A DNA stretch of 64,000 nucleotides, taken from the IMG/VR virus record IMGVR_UViG_3300045988_147571; one strand, 5' to 3'. A program made the translations under genes and the position numbers. Shown here in pieces: positions 26,401-39,100 of the stretch (positions are counted from its first letter, which is position 1; the number at the start of each line of letters is the position of its first letter). Below the pieces are notes generated by a model. The model ran no database searches. It had not been told where the DNA came from and saw only the letters and a program-made list of their open reading frames with translations. The DNA comes from a virus.

Positions 26401-29400
26401 TCTGAAGATGCTGCACAGACTGCTGTTGATAATTTTAATTCGGCAGCAATGGGTGTACAATCATATCAGAATGCAATAGAAAATGTTAAAAAGAATGAGA
26501 ATCTGACAGAAGCTCAAAGAACTTCTGCAATTAATCAATTAATAGCTAAACAGGAAGAATTAGCTGCCACTTACGGTACTACTGTTAAAGAATTATTAGG
26601 AGCAGATGTATCTTCATTAATGGATGGCATTATAACAGATTCTGCTTCTGTTACTACTGCTCTTGATGGTATCAATAAAGCATATGAAGAACAGAACACA
26701 GATGTTACTTCTTTAGTTGACACTCTTGGAAAATATACTTCTGAACAGTTAGAAGGTATAGATTTCAATGATGGTAAGTGGGATACTGAATTAGGCGATG
26801 CTGAAAAAGCTGTTGAGTCTTTATGTGAGAAGCTTGGTTTAACAAAAGACCAAGCTCGTTCTGTTATTGAGGCTTTAAAAGAAGCTGGTAAATTAAAAGA
26901 TTCTGAGGAAAGTAGTGATTCCTCTAAAGAAACTACTAAGGGGTCTTGGGAGAAACCACAGACTGCTGAACAGATGGGATTCGGTGATGATCCTGACAGA
27001 GCTGCTGAATATACACATTCATTGGAAGCTCTTACTGCTGCCCATAAAGAAAATGATGCCGCTACTGAAAAGTCATTTGAAACCCTTTCTAAATATAATC
27101 GTACACAATTAGAGGGTATCAAATTAAATGATGGTGCTTATAATGTTGAGGGTATAGAACAGGCTGAAGATGCCATACAACAGTTAGCAGATAAGACTCA
27201 GTTGTCTAAAGATCAGATTCTTACTGCTCTTGAAGGTCTTGGTGTTTTGAAAGTTAATGCTCCTACTATGGATGCGACAAAAGGTTTGGAAGATTTAGTT
27301 TCTGAGGCTAAAGATGCACAGGACGAATTGTCTGATCTTACTGGTAAAACATACACATTTGATTTTGATACTACTGATTTAGATACTGCTCATAAACAGG
27401 TAGCTGACCTGCAGGAAGAAGTAAATAAATATAGAGATCGTGATGGTAAATACCATCCAGAGATTACTGGCGGAGAACAGGTGCAATCAATGTACAAAGC
27501 CGCTATTGCTCAAGAACAGAATGCTGAATATAGTTCTTCTGCTATTGGACAGTCTAGTTTATCATCAGATGTCGTACAAGCTGCTCAAGATTTTATGACA
27601 GCTAAGAATGAAATGGATCAGCAAACTCAACTTTATCAAAATGGAATGGATAATACTCTTGATAAAGCTACAGAGAAAGCTAACGCCGCATTTGAATCTT
27701 TACAACAAGCTCAAACTGATTCGGGTATTGAACTTGTAGATACTAATAATATTCAAAAAGCTGAAAATCAGTTACTTTCTATGACTGATAAAGATTTACA
27801 GGCTAAAATAGATGTTCAAGCAGATACAAGCGATGCCGAAGCAGAATTAGATGTCCTAGAAGAATTGGACGGATCTACACTTAAGCTTACTTGCGAATTA
27901 TCGGATGAAGATAGTTTTGAACGAGCTAAATCTGCTATTGAATCTATGCCAGCTAACACCGTTACAACCGTAGATATGGAAGTTAATGGTGAAGAGGATG
28001 TAGAGAAAGCAACAGAGCTTATTGAATCGGCACCTACTGATGGTACTGAGCTAGTTGTTAACTGTCATGTTGATAATGCTGAAGACTTAGATAAAATAAA
28101 TGAAGCTGCTGCAACTGCCAAAGCAAACGGAGCAAATATTAAAATAAACGCTACTGTTGGTGAAGTGGATGCTTCAACTGCTACGAGTACAGAACCTGTT
28201 AAAATGACAGGTGAAATAGAAAGTGCAGAATATACTGGCGCTCCAGTTGAAATAGAAGCTACAGCAAATATTACTAATGTGACTAATGGTGATTCCGCAG
28301 AAGTTAATCCTACAATAAATACGGATGAAGTGGATAACTATACTGTCGATGACAAAGAAGTAAATGTTGATTTTAAAAAGAATTCAGATGAAGTTGATAA
28401 TTATCAACCGGACGATAAAGATGCAACTGCCTATTATGGAGTAGATTCTTCAGCACCAGATAGTTATCAGCCGAGTGATAAAGATGCATATATCACGTAT
28501 CATATACGTGTTGAAGGAGGAATAGCTGCTGGCATTCCAAATAGTCCTTCTGGAGGATCTGGTGGTTCTTTTGCTACAGGTACAATGGCATCAGTTGCTC
28601 GTGCAGATGGTACAATGTACAATGCACCTTGGAACTATCAACTTCTCTCTTCTGCTTTTGCAAAAGGAGATGCTGCTTTACATAAAGACGAAAAAGCGTT
28701 AGTAAACGAAGTCGGGACCGAATCTATTGTGCGTGACGGTACTTGGTTTACGATTCCTGGCGGAGCACATCTTGAGAATCTTAAAAAAGGAGATATTATT
28801 TTCTCTGCTCAACAGACTAAAGATTTACTTGAACATGGCGCAACACCGGGACATGCTAGAACTTATGCACAAGGCACAGCCCCAGGATTAAGTATCTCTC
28901 CTGCTTTCTCATCTGGTTCTAGTTCTTCTACTAACACAGAATTAGATAACAAAATCAAAGAAGTTAGTACTCAGGCAAAAGACTGGATAGACGTAGCTCT
29001 TGATCGTTTAGAGAGAATCGTTGAAAAATACAAAGACACTGCTGAAAGTGACTATTCCAACTATAGAGCTTCTATTAAGGCTTACAATTCAGCACTTAAA
29101 AATCTTAAAAACCAATTAAAGACTCAAAAAGATTCCAGAGCAAAGTATGTAACTAAAGCAGACGAAGTCGCTTCTGCTGTCGGATTGTCTGACGATTTAA
29201 AAAAGAAGGTTCAAAATGGTACTATCAATATAGAGAACCTGTCAGAAGATGATAAAAAACGTGTTGATGCATATCAGGAATGGTATGAAAAAATCTTAGA
29301 CTGTGACAAAGCTATACGTCAGCTCACTATTTCGCAGAAAGATTTAGCTAAAGCTAAAGTTGATCGGGTTACTGAAGCTTATGACACTGTTATAGGCAAA

Positions 29401-32094
29401 CGTGAAAGTAAAGCTGAATATTACAAAGCAAAACAGGAATTAAGAATCACTCAAGGTTACAATCAGAAACCTGGATCTATTTATGAGAAGTATATAAAAA
29501 ATGAACTTTCTTATACTAATAAACAGAAGAAACTTACTGATAAGGAAATAAAAACCTATAAAGGTAAGATGAAAGAATATCTTGCAGAAAATGGTCATAA
29601 AACTGTTGATCCTGAATATCAGAAAATGAAGAAACAGCTTTATGATCTGGAAACCTCAGCTGTTAAATTAGAGAATGAAGCCGCACAGTTAAGACAGGCT
29701 CTACAAGATAATCGTGAACAGATTAAACAATGGGCGGTTGACCGTTGGGAAAGAGCTGGTAGTAAACAAGATGCAGTAATTAATTATAAGACTGTTTCTG
29801 ATGATCCAAACTATCAGATCAAGGAAAAGGATTACACTGAGAGAATCAAAACAAATAATCGTCAGATTATAGCTTTACAGAAGTTGAGAGCAGAAAAAGC
29901 TGAGTACTATGACAGTTATTTTAAGAGCGGAAACAACGAAGAAGCTCAGAAATATCTTGAAGCTATTGCTCAGATTGACGAACAGATTCTAAAACTTGGA
30001 GCTAGTACAGAAGAGTTAAAGAATCAAATCATGGAACTTCGTTGGAAGCCATTTGAAGATATTCAAGATGACCTTTCTAATGTAATCAGTGAGTATCAAA
30101 CCATGCAGAAGCTTCTTGGTGATACAGAAAGTTTCTACAATGACGATGGATCTTTCACTGAAAATGGTTTGACAAATATCCTTCTTTTACAGGAATCTAT
30201 TGATGTTACTAAGCAGAAAATAGCTAACTATAGAGAAGCTTTAGACAAACTAGATGAACAGTATAAGAATGGTTGTTATAGTCAGGAAGAATATACTGAG
30301 AAATCTAAAGAGCTATTAAACGGATTACAGCAAGAGTCTGCTGCCCTCTCTGATTTGCAACAGAATATGCTTACAATGTATGAGACTCAGGTTAAAACTG
30401 AGAATGATCTCTTACAGAAAAATATTGATAAGCGTTTGGAAGCTCTTGATGCTAAAGAGAAGTATTATGAGTATGATAAGACTTTGAAAAAGAAGTCTAA
30501 AGATATTAATACTCTGAAGGCACAGATAGCAGCCCTTGAAGGAACAAGCAATGCTGCTGCCAAAGCCCGTTTAGAAAAATTAAAGGCTGAATTAGCAGAA
30601 TCTGAAGAGGATATGCAAGATACTGTTCATAATCATGAAACTGAAATGAAGAAAACAGGTTTTGAGAATCTTCAATCAGATGCTGAGAAAGCTCTTGATA
30701 ATACCTTAGATGCACTGAAAAAGAATACCAATTTTCAGCAAGCAGTTATTGGTAATATGTTATCCAATGTAACTGCTAATTATGATAGTACCTATAGTCA
30801 TCTGCATGATGTTATGGATCAATATGGAGTACAGGTGTCTACTACATTTGATAAGATGATTACTAAGTCTGCTAATTTTAATACGTCCTTAGTAGCACAG
30901 ACTAAAGCTATGCAAGATGTTATTAATATGGCTACTAAACTTCCTGCCAATCTTGGCGGGACTGCTACTGACATTGTAAATAATACTGCTAAAGTTAATG
31001 GTACTTCAACCGGAGCCGGTAATGTAACGCCGGGAAAAGTAAATGATACGACTTACTCTCTGAAGTTAAATGCATCAGAAATTTATCTAACATACAGTCA
31101 TTTGAAATATTCATTGAAAGCTACATGGTCTCCAAGTAAACCGGAACACTCTGATATTGAATGGTCGAGTACAGATAAATCAGTTGCAAAGGTCTCAACT
31201 TCTGGTGTTGTTACAGGTGTAGCTGCGCCACTTAGTAAACTTGGATTAATGTCAAGAGATGAATCTTTGACTAGAAAATGTAAGATTATTGCAAATGGTG
31301 GTCCGGGTCTTGCAAAAGCTGAGTGTACGGTACATATTATGCCAGATGAACATTATAATGCCATTAAGCAATATGCTGATAAAGTTGGCATCGATACTTC
31401 TAAAGAAGGCAATAATCTTAGAGATGCTATGGAATACGCTTATAAAAATGGTGCATTCCGAAGCAATCAGTCAAGTACCGCTGTTGAAGGATTCCAGAAA
31501 GCTTATCTAAAAGACTGGTTTAATGCTCTTCCAGACCGTCCTAACGGTGCAACGGATGTTCCTAGTGGAGTTAGTCAGCTAGCTGGATATTTCTATTCCA
31601 AAGGTAAACAAGTCACACGTAATGATATGCAGAAACTTGCTGATATCCTTCAGATTAAAACTCCGGGAGTTGGAAGTTATGATACCTGGGGTGGCACACT
31701 TAAAAATAAGATTCTGAAAGCATACAAAGCTTATGGTTATGCTACTGGTGGCGTAATCAATAGACTTGTTCCTGCCAATATGGAAACACTCTTAGGTAAA
31801 GCAATCATCTCCAATGGAGATCAAGGTTTTATTGGCGCTAAAGTTGGAGAAACCGTAATGACTGAAGAGTTCACTCGTTTGCTCAAACCTTCTATTGCTG
31901 CAATGAGCGACTTTACCAATATGTTTAACCCAACTACTCCTATTGCTACCACAAATAATGATTATTCTATCAACAATGAGGTAAACATTAATGTAGCAAG
32001 TATGAGCAGTGATTTAGACATCCAAGATGTCGCCAATAAAGTCTCTACAATTATTAATAAGAATATGACTAGAGACTGGAGAAAACTTAGATGA
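23422..32094 (+). CDS. tape measure protein, exon 2
   Basis: 2890 codons in frame with exon 1. No credible RBS or ATG at the ORF-track start (TTG 23419). Long coiled-coil regions, a Big_2-like Ig domain (DIEWSSTDKSVAKVSTSGVVTGV) and a hydrophobic Gly-rich segment near the junction. Confidence 0.85.
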   Translation, partial: VFAKNEDGEILPQSRRAQRNAAIAKGYVEANKNWQAYSDDLEVLKELNKQLDNNGQAITDNEQRMAKANEVTKNASQRAKDYGKQMATNAKTLTDFKRENEVEKPDQQKQGKWSDGLKSMASAGLSMIGNAFISAGVGMLVQGAFSLLGKGIDAFVHKNENLIAKGQEAKESIQSQTKAYEDQKASLGELTSKYTELSKGVKISGNSIKNISLTDDEYKDFLNTSNQIAAAAPSLTRSWDSQGNAILNAGTNAEDLNTQINDYLKLQRNLTYYDTKKNISNQYEGYETALGTNERQKNDYKDKYDAAKFKVNSMQNFSNMLKKQKKGEDTFSYTLDQAAYDALGNTFGKAIKNYTQSADGQTITLEFDGKQLDFLNNEAANILSSDSSELQEAHTNLVNTQESIDAAKREMVSSIKSMASTIDSFDSWDDQDKASEFQSQLNSMLNSTDNTRLLNDFKESGKDMDTWLRNNIVNPMSTANSDEQKLWEQAFEMEPKDKETVQEFAARRNNLFDQIAAISDSDFWDRDTLGEAFGFNHTEYDDNGKAEFVWENQDKLNRIQDALKNAKASKTKGDASDVRTDLNNMTPDELDIAVQVITDSDALTSIDSFYEAFEKAKQAAKNMSDQAAVSLDSMETKVSTAKSTLSSMGTILTETTSAGGVSKDNVKILSTAFKNVKDPRGIEQNVNDLFTTTSDGIKLNIDALKTFTEYQTEATDGDFEKGIKLQTKAIAEQAEETDKAWKAIAKADDKEAARATYNAEKDKLKDARNEYLSYMQSQSEWQATKKQQQELLSYYSQWQRAQSTENAGDKYNNIVAGLKNAKDAYDKGLVGTDDFKSFAALISPTGSDDRANFAENYGKAVRYLTEDKTGVNNFLADLKSKGMASYDDASKRWSFDIDDMSKAARSMGISKEFMSANFGRLRDYGIDNNFISSTEEGIDRVQELTSALSDEQKRLEELKNTDSTNTTAITASEDKVNKYKQDLKETYDNMGDYSEDAAQTAVDNFNSAAMGVQSYQNAIENVKKNENLTEAQRTSAINQLIAKQEELAATYGTTVKELLGADVSSLMDGIITDSASVTTALDGINKAYEEQNTDVTSLVDTLGKYTSEQLEGIDFNDGKWDTELGDAEKAVESLCEKLGLTKDQARSVIEALKEAGKLKDSEESSDSSKETTKGSWEKPQTAEQMGFGDDPDRAAEYTHSLEALTAAHKENDAATEKSFETLSKYNRTQLEGIKLNDGAYNVEGIEQAEDAIQQLADKTQLSKDQILTALEGLGVLKVNAPTMDATKGLEDLVSEAKDAQDELSDLTGKTYTFDFDTTDLDTAHKQVADLQEEVNKYRDRDGKYHPEITGGEQVQSMYKAAIAQEQNAEYSSSAIGQSSLSSDVVQAAQDFMTAKNEMDQQTQLYQNGMDNTLDKATEKANAAFESLQQAQTDSGIELVDTNNIQKAENQLLSMTDKDLQAKIDVQADTSDAEAELDVLEELDGSTLKLTCELSDEDSFERAKSAIESMPANTVTTVDMEVNGEEDVEKATELIESAPTDGTELVVNCHVDNAEDLDKINEAAATAKANGANIKINATVGEVDASTATSTEPVKMTGEIESAEYTGAPVEIEATANITNVTNGDSAEVNPTINTDEVDNYTVDDKEVNVDFKKNSDEVDNYQPDDKDATAYYGVDSSAPDSYQPSDKDAYITYHIRVEGGIAAGIPNSPSGGSGGSFATGTMASVARADGTMYNAPWNYQLLSSAFAKGDAALHKDEKALVNEVGTESIVRDGTWFTIPGGAHLENLKKGDIIFSAQQTKDLLEHGATPGHARTYAQGTAPGLSISPAFSSGSSSSTNTELDNKIKEVSTQAKDWIDVALDRLERIVEKYKDTAESDYSNYRASIKAYNSALKNLKNQLKTQKDSRAKYVTKADEVASAVGLSDDLKKKVQNGTINIENLSEDDKKRVDAYQEWYEKILDCDKAIRQLTISQKDLAKAKVDRVTEAYDTVIGKRESKAEYYKAKQELRITQGYNQKPGSIYEKYIKNELSYTNKQKKLTDKEIKTYKGKMKEYLAENGHKTVDPEYQKMKKQLYDLETSAVKLENEAAQLRQALQDNREQIKQWAVDRWERAGSKQDAVINYKTVSDDPNYQIKEKDYTERIKTNNRQIIALQKLRAEKAEYYDSYFKSGNNEEAQKYLEAIAQIDEQILKLGASTEELKNQIMELRWKPFEDIQDDLSNVISEYQTMQKLLGDTESFYNDDGSFTENGLTNILLLQESIDVTKQKIANYREALDKLDEQYKNGCYSQEEYTEKSKELLNGLQQESAALSDLQQNMLTMYETQVKTENDLLQKNIDKRLEALDAKEKYYEYDKTLKKKSKDINTLKAQIAALEGTSNAAAKARLEKLKAELAESEEDMQDTVHNHETEMKKTGFENLQSDAEKALDNTLDALKKNTNFQQAVIGNMLSNVTANYDSTYSHLHDVMDQYGVQVSTTFDKMITKSANFNTSLVAQTKAMQDVINMATKLPANLGGTATDIVNNTAKVNGTSTGAGNVTPGKVNDTTYSLKLNASEIYLTYSHLKYSLKATWSPSKPEHSDIEWSSTDKSVAKVSTSGVVTGVAAPLSKLGLMSRDESLTRKCKIIANGGPGLAKAECTVHIMPDEHYNAIKQYADKVGIDTSKEGNNLRDAMEYAYKNGAFRSNQSSTAVEGFQKAYLKDWFNALPDRPNGATDVPSGVSQLAGYFYSKGKQVTRNDMQKLADILQIKTPGVGSYDTWGGTLKNKILKAYKAYGYATGGVINRLVPANMETLLGKAIISNGDQGFIGAKVGETVMTEEFTRLLKPSIAAMSDFTNMFNPTTPIATTNNDYSINNEVNINVASMSSDLDIQDVANKVSTIINKNMTRDWRKLR

Positions 32095-32096
32095 TA

Positions 32097-32124
32097 AAAG
32101 GACTGTTCCGACAGTCCTTTTATT
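32097..32124 (+). terminator. Rho-independent terminator after the TMP
   Basis: AAAGGACTGT-TCCG-ACAGTCCTTT hairpin followed by TATT. Confidence 0.65.
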
Positions 32125-32155
32125 GTACAAAAATATAAATGAAAGAGGTGAATAA

Positions 32156-33100
32156 ATGTTACAATTTGAATTTGATGGACACAATTCTAATGAATACGGG
32201 ATTATAGTAACCGCTATTACAGATAATGATAATCTTGAGAGCAGATCTTTGCAGCTAGGAGAAAAGAACCGATATAGAGCAAGGGAAAATCATTTTGGTG
32301 CACTTTATGATGGAAACTACTCTTTTACTCTAAGTATTATGAAAAATCCTTGTAGAACTGTAAATGTTGTGCCAAATTTAGTAGAAGGAATAGTTAAATA
32401 TCCAGAACAATGTAGACCTACTATGGAAAACAATATTCTTACTTTCCCATTGGATTATACTCCAGATATTAAACAGGGTACAATGCAAATGAATAATACT
32501 GATTATTTATCTTCAAGCAATATTCGTATAATAAACAGTTGGCTAACTTCTCCGCAAACCCCAAGACTGTTTAAAATAATTGGTGGAGACTATTTTTATG
32601 AAGAAATAGAATTTTTTGTTACTTTTACAGAAATTAATACTGATCATGTGATATTTCCATATGAAATGAACTTTACAGTAACTTGTGATAGTCCTTATGG
32701 ATACACTCCAGAATTTACGCATAGTATCACCTCTTCTTCCACTCTTACAAAAACTCATGTAATTAATAACACTTCTGATTGCCATGAAGATTATATTTAT
32801 CCTCTTATCAAAATTTCTCCTAAAAGTCATGGTACTATAACAATCCAAAATGTAACAGATAATAATGGTACAATGAAAATTGACGCATTGAAGAATGACA
32901 ATTTTTATATTGATTGTCAGCATTTAAAAATATATGACACAACTAATTCTATTATAAGTTTTGAGAGTCTAGGTGTAAAAGATACAGATAATATATACTG
33001 GCCTAGATTAGCTTATGGTGAAAATATATTAAAATTTACTGGTGATGCAACATTTGAAATTATTTATAGAGAGCCAAGAAAGGTAGGTGCGTTCGCATGA
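32156..33100 (+). CDS. distal tail protein (Dit), putative
   Basis: Directly after the TMP. The N-terminus MLQFEFDGHNSNEYGIIV resembles the siphovirus Dit or tail-family start. Confidence 0.55.
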   Translation: MLQFEFDGHNSNEYGIIVTAITDNDNLESRSLQLGEKNRYRARENHFGALYDGNYSFTLSIMKNPCRTVNVVPNLVEGIVKYPEQCRPTMENNILTFPLDYTPDIKQGTMQMNNTDYLSSSNIRIINSWLTSPQTPRLFKIIGGDYFYEEIEFFVTFTEINTDHVIFPYEMNFTVTCDSPYGYTPEFTHSITSSSTLTKTHVINNTSDCHEDYIYPLIKISPKSHGTITIQNVTDNNGTMKIDALKNDNFYIDCQHLKIYDTTNSIISFESLGVKDTDNIYWPRLAYGENILKFTGDATFEIIYREPRKVGAFA

Positions 33101-36100
33101 AAATAAACCATAAATATGATGTTTATGGACGCACTGAGCCTTCAATTATATATTTAGCCAAACCAGGCAAAAGATTATTCTGTGCTCTTGGTGGAATTGA
33201 CAGTTCTACTGTCTCACTATCATTAAAAACAAATAATACAGCAGAGCTAACATTCACAGTAGATAAGTATATAAATAATGCCCTTACTGATGGATATGAA
33301 GAATTAGATGAATTGATGGAATTATACTGTGATGGAATTTGGTTCAAAATTGTAGATCCGCCCACGATTAGCAACAATGGAATGCGTGAAACCAAAGAAA
33401 TCACTGCTGAATCTTATGAGATTATGCTTACCCAGTATAAATTGAAAAACTTTAAAATCAATATGGGTGAAGAAGATTCATATGAAATGATGTATCAAGC
33501 TACTCATGACAAAAGCAAGTTTTATCAAATTAAATTCTACGACCCAGACAATGAAGATTTAAGTTTTCTTCATTTAGTCTTAAAACATGCAGATGTTCCT
33601 GGATGGAAAATAGGATATGTAGATAATATTACTCCTGATGATGACGGAAAACTACTTCCTAATAATATTTGTAACTTTGAAGTAGACGACCAGAATGTGT
33701 ATGCATTTTTAACTCAAGAAGCTGCTCAAGGTTATAAGTGTGTATTTGAATTTGATACTGTCAATATGACTATAAATGTTTATAGACCTGACAGCTTAGG
33801 AAAAGATACAAATGTAGTCTTGGGATTTAGGAATATACAAAATAGCGTAACCATTTCCAGAGATGAAAATTTAGTTACACAATTTTATGTTGAAGGCTTA
33901 GATGATTATAATATTGATGCAGTCAATTTTGGTGATTCTGTAATTACTGATCTTTCCTATTTTATACGTGAGCCTTACATGGATACTTCACTACAAGAAA
34001 AATATAATGCATGGCAAAGCTACCGGGAGTCCCGCAGAGAAGAGTTTATTAATTTATCCAAAGAATATAATAAAAATCTGGAAGTTCTTACTGAATTAAT
34101 GAATAGAGTCCCAATTGATACTGCTCAAACAAATTGGTTCGGGAAAAAAGTTGAAGATTTAAAAGATGCATATAATGCTAACATGGCAATCATTAAGGGT
34201 TTAGAAGCTCTATATGTTGACGATGAAAAGAATTTTGATTTAGAAGCTTTAAAAAAGTCACATGATTGGCCTTTATATGAATCAATTATGAACTACACTC
34301 TTCCATCTATTGTGGCTGCATTACAAGCTCAAGACGAAACCGTAGAAGGATTCGGTAAAGGAAATATTATTTCATGTGTAAATCCGATTGTATTGGGCCA
34401 AGATTGGTATATGGTAAACCCTGGAACTTCTTCTTTTCAAACTATACAAATTGATGATGCTCCTGCTTATGGAATCACTCGTGGAGTTAAAGTAACTGGT
34501 ACTAATGGAGGAATTTATCAACACAATATTAGTATTGAACCATCTCAGAGATATACTCTTAGTTGTTTTGTAAAAGGATCCGGTACATTTTATCTTGGTT
34601 ATAATAACACCGGAGAGGACAGAAAGAATATTTCTTATAACATCACATCTTCTTGGACCAGAGTTTATACTTCTTTCAATCTTTCTTCTCGTTTAATTGA
34701 TGTAGCATTCACTGGAACTAATGATTTCACTATATGCGGTATGCAATTAGAGATGGGCGATTCACCTAGCCAGTTTGGGTATTTCACGCAATCTGAAAAT
34801 ATTATAAAAGCTTATGAGACTGATTGGAAGTTATACGGAATCTCAGAATTAAAAGTAAAGATTTCAACTTACGATAGCTGTATTAAAGAATTAAAAAAGA
34901 GTGGTTATGCAGATGGGTATAATCCTTTATCTGGATATGAAGAAGCATATTTTACTCAGATGCATCAAAAATATCTGGATTATCTGAATTTAAAAGATCA
35001 GGCTGAGGCTGCTTTAAAAGAACGCCAGGCTGAATATGATAAGGCTAAGAAACCTGAAATTCAAGAGAAACGAAATCAGATTGCAAAAGATGTATTACTT
35101 GAAAATTTTGGTAAAATACAGAACAAATATTCAGCATTTACTGATAAAGAAACATATATTATTAAGAGTTTATATAGCCAATCCACTTATACAAATGAAA
35201 ATATTATTGTTACTACTCTTGACAGTACTGCTGATGCCGTAGATAAGTCTAAAGTTCTTTATGATGATGCATTGGAAGAATTGTATGTGGAATCACATCC
35301 ACAATATACATATACTGATGATGTAGAGAATGTATACGCTCTTCCAGAGTTTAAGGAGTACCATGAACAGCTTGCAGTAAATGATTTTGTACGTGTAGGA
35401 ATCACTGATACTAATTATATTAAACTAAGAGTAATTGAGATCACATATAATCCTTGTGATTTAGATGAATCTATGGAAATTACTTTTAGCAATATGATTC
35501 AGTACAAAGCTAAAAGGAATGATTATAATACTCTTTTAAACGATGCTCTTAATACTTCCAACCGTAATGGTGGTCGTGTTAATTCAGTCAACAAATCTAC
35601 TACTTCTGACTATGTAATCACTTCTGATGCTATTAAGCAGATTTTCTCAAATCCTCTCTTCAATTCAATGTTAGGTGGAGCTACTACCGGAGGAACTGGA
35701 TCAGGAGGCACTATTACTGCTGGTATGATCGTTGCAGAACTCGTGAAAGCAAAAGAAGGTGTATTTGATAAGCTTACTGTTGATACTGCTTTCATGAAAT
35801 ATCTCGATGTAAAACTTGTTTCCGCAGATAAGATTACAACTCGTATTCTCGAAGCGGAACAGGCAAATATTGAAAAGCTGTCAGCTAAGATTATAGAATC
35901 TAATCAGATTAATGCTGATATGATCAATGTGAAAAATCTCCTGGCAGGAAATGCTGGTGTAGGTAATCTCCAGGCAGTACATCTTACTGCTCAGAATGTA
36001 ACTATTGACCAAGCAGTAATCACGGATCTTATTGCTAAGAAGATGACTGTAGCTGACTTAAATACTCATACTGCTACTGCTGATGAGTTTATGATCATCT

Positions 36101-39100
36101 CTAGTGGAAAAGCTGGTATTGCCTTTAAGAATAGCACTCAGCAGTTCTATGATTCAACAGGAGCTGTTAGGGTACAGATTGGTCAGGATGGTACCGGAAA
36201 GTTTAATTTTGTTGTCAAGAACGGTGATAAGACAGCATTATTTGATGAAAATGGTATCACTCAAACAGGTATTCCTGATAACACTATTGTCAATAATATG
36301 ATCTCTGATGGAACAATCAATAAAGAAAAACTAAGTTTTACTATGGTAGAACCGAATGAACAAGGTGGAATTGATATCAGTCAGGTATACCTTGATGGTA
36401 AAAAGTTCGGTCAGCAATATACTTCATTTAAAGACCAGACAACTGAGCAGATTACTAACATTACTGATCCTCAAAAGGGTCAAATCGTACAGAGTATACA
36501 AAACAGTTTGTTTAATGAGGACGGATCATCTATCTATACAAAATATACAGAGTATAAACAAACTGTTGATGGAATTACTCAGACGGTTTCAAATAATAAG
36601 CTTGATACGGACAAAAAGCTTGATGCAGCTTCTACTTCTATAACACAGACTGCTGATAAGTTGAATCTTATTGCTACTGGTGGGACTGGAGAATCTAAAT
36701 TAGAGCTGACCCCAGATTTTATAAATCTTGTTTCATCTAAAGTTGTAGGTATTAAAGCAGATCAGATCAATATTGATGGTGTGATTACAGCAATCAATAC
36801 CAATGGCACAACTGCAGGTAAGACTCAGATTGATGCTGGAGCTATCAGTACAGAGAATGTTAATGCTCTCTTGATCAAAACAGGAAAACTGAAATCTAAT
36901 AATTATAAAGATCCTTCAAACACTTCTCCTCTTTATTCCCAGGCAGGAACATTGATTGACATGGAGAACGGCGCTATTACTTCGAAGAACTTTAGTATAG
37001 ATACTTCAGGGGAAGCTCATTTCAAAGGTAACGGAGAGTTTGGTGGAAAGATTTCTGCTAATTCCGGTTATATTGGTGGCGAAAAAGGTTTCGTTATTGA
37101 AGCTGGAAAATTGTATTCTGGATTAAAAGATTTTCCTACTCAATACCCATCTTCTATTTCAACGAATAAAAATGTATATGTAGGAATCAATGGCATTGCT
37201 CTTGGTGACGGTAATTTTATGGTTGATTCTAACGGTAAGATGTATGCTAATCAAGGTGAGTTTACAGGTAAGATTGCAGCTAATGATGGATTTATTGGTG
37301 GATGGATTATTTCAAGTAATTCTTTAACTGCTAATAATGGAAGCATAAGTATAAGTCCAGATGGTATTCATTGGGGTGATTACCTAAACATTAATAGTCA
37401 AGGCGCTACATTTAAAGGTCATATTACAGCCACTTCAGGGAGCTTTACGGGAGATGTAATTGCTAATTCACTTACACTTGGACCAGGTTCAACTGTTAAC
37501 GGACTAAGTTATAATGATCTTAACGATAGACCTAATATTCCATCTGATCTTAGTGGGTATATTACTGTTGATGGAAAAATTGGTATTATTCAAAATGAAG
37601 ATCAAGAAATACCCTCTGGAGCAACTGGATTTAAAGTATCAAAAAATGGTTTGTTACAAGCAAGTAATGCTATTATTTCTGGAACTATTTACGCTTCTTC
37701 TGGTACTTTCGCCGGAAATGTAACCGCAAGAACAATGACTGCAAAAAGAAGTTATAGCATTTATTATAATGATGTAAACGGTAACCCTACTGATTCAAGA
37801 GAAATCATCTCTGCTACTAATTGGGGACTTACAAGCGGTGATTTAAGATTCGGGCTAAATGATGATTGCGGATATATGATATCTACAGATGTTGGTGGCA
37901 AGAACACCTTGCGAATAATGGGAGATACTCTCCTTGTTACCGCGCCTATGCAAATACAAAGCAATTGTTTAGTACAAAGTCAATTTGTTATAGATACTAA
38001 AACAGGATCTATTCCTTATCAGAATATGAAATGGACACCATATGAAGTTAATAGTTCTGGAAATCCAATCTATCTTGATTATGATAATCAAAAATATTTT
38101 TCATATAATGGATATGGACATAATCATACGTTGCTTCCAAATACAGAAGGCGGTTGTGCAATTGGTATTGGTAACGTAGATAAGCAAGATGCTGATGTTA
38201 CCGCTACATGGTGTATTATGCCTTATAATATTTATACTGAAAAAAAAACTGATGAGAATACAAACGGAATCCCGGTTATAACAAGTATCAAAAGAGATGC
38301 AAGTGCAACTATGAATATTGGTTCTAAAAATAATAAATTTAATTGTTTGTATGTAAACGCAATTCATATGGGTGGACACACATACACATCTTTAAATTCT
38401 GGTGGCGGAAAGATTGCTTCTTACAAAGCAACTGCCAGTCAAGTTAATTATAACGATGATCCTAAAGTAGAGACTTCTGTAAACACTGCCGGAGATACTT
38501 TGACATTTAAATTTAGTATCCCTAAGGGAAAAGACGGAACCAATGGTATAGATGGTGCTCGTGGTCCGAGAGGATATCAAGGAGATCCTGGACCAGCTGG
38601 ACCACGGGGAGAAAAAGGTGAACCTGGTTCAAGCGGGATTTTTGATAGCTCTCAAGGTGGAATTGGAGCAAGTTATAATGGAACTCATAAAATTTTACCA
38701 AAATTAAATGGTTCGTGGACTAAAAATGTAATTAATTTAGGATCATCTAATTATCTATTTGCATCTGTTTGGGTTAATGGAGGTACTTGCAGTGGCTCTG
38801 ATAGAAATATTAAAGAAGAAATTAATCTATATCATGAAAATATAGAAAAAGCATATATGGAATTTCAACCTGTATCATACAAATTTAAAAATTTCGTTAG
38901 TACAGATAGCCATGATAGAATCCATTATGGATTGATTGCACAAGATGTAGAAGATACTTTGCACAAATATAATATCACGAATGAAGAGGCTGGTTTTTTA
39001 TTAATTGATTATCTTGATAAGCCAAACGAGGCAGGGAAATTAGTAAATTATGGACTTAGATATGGCGAATTTATTCCACTTAATATGCATATGACACAGA

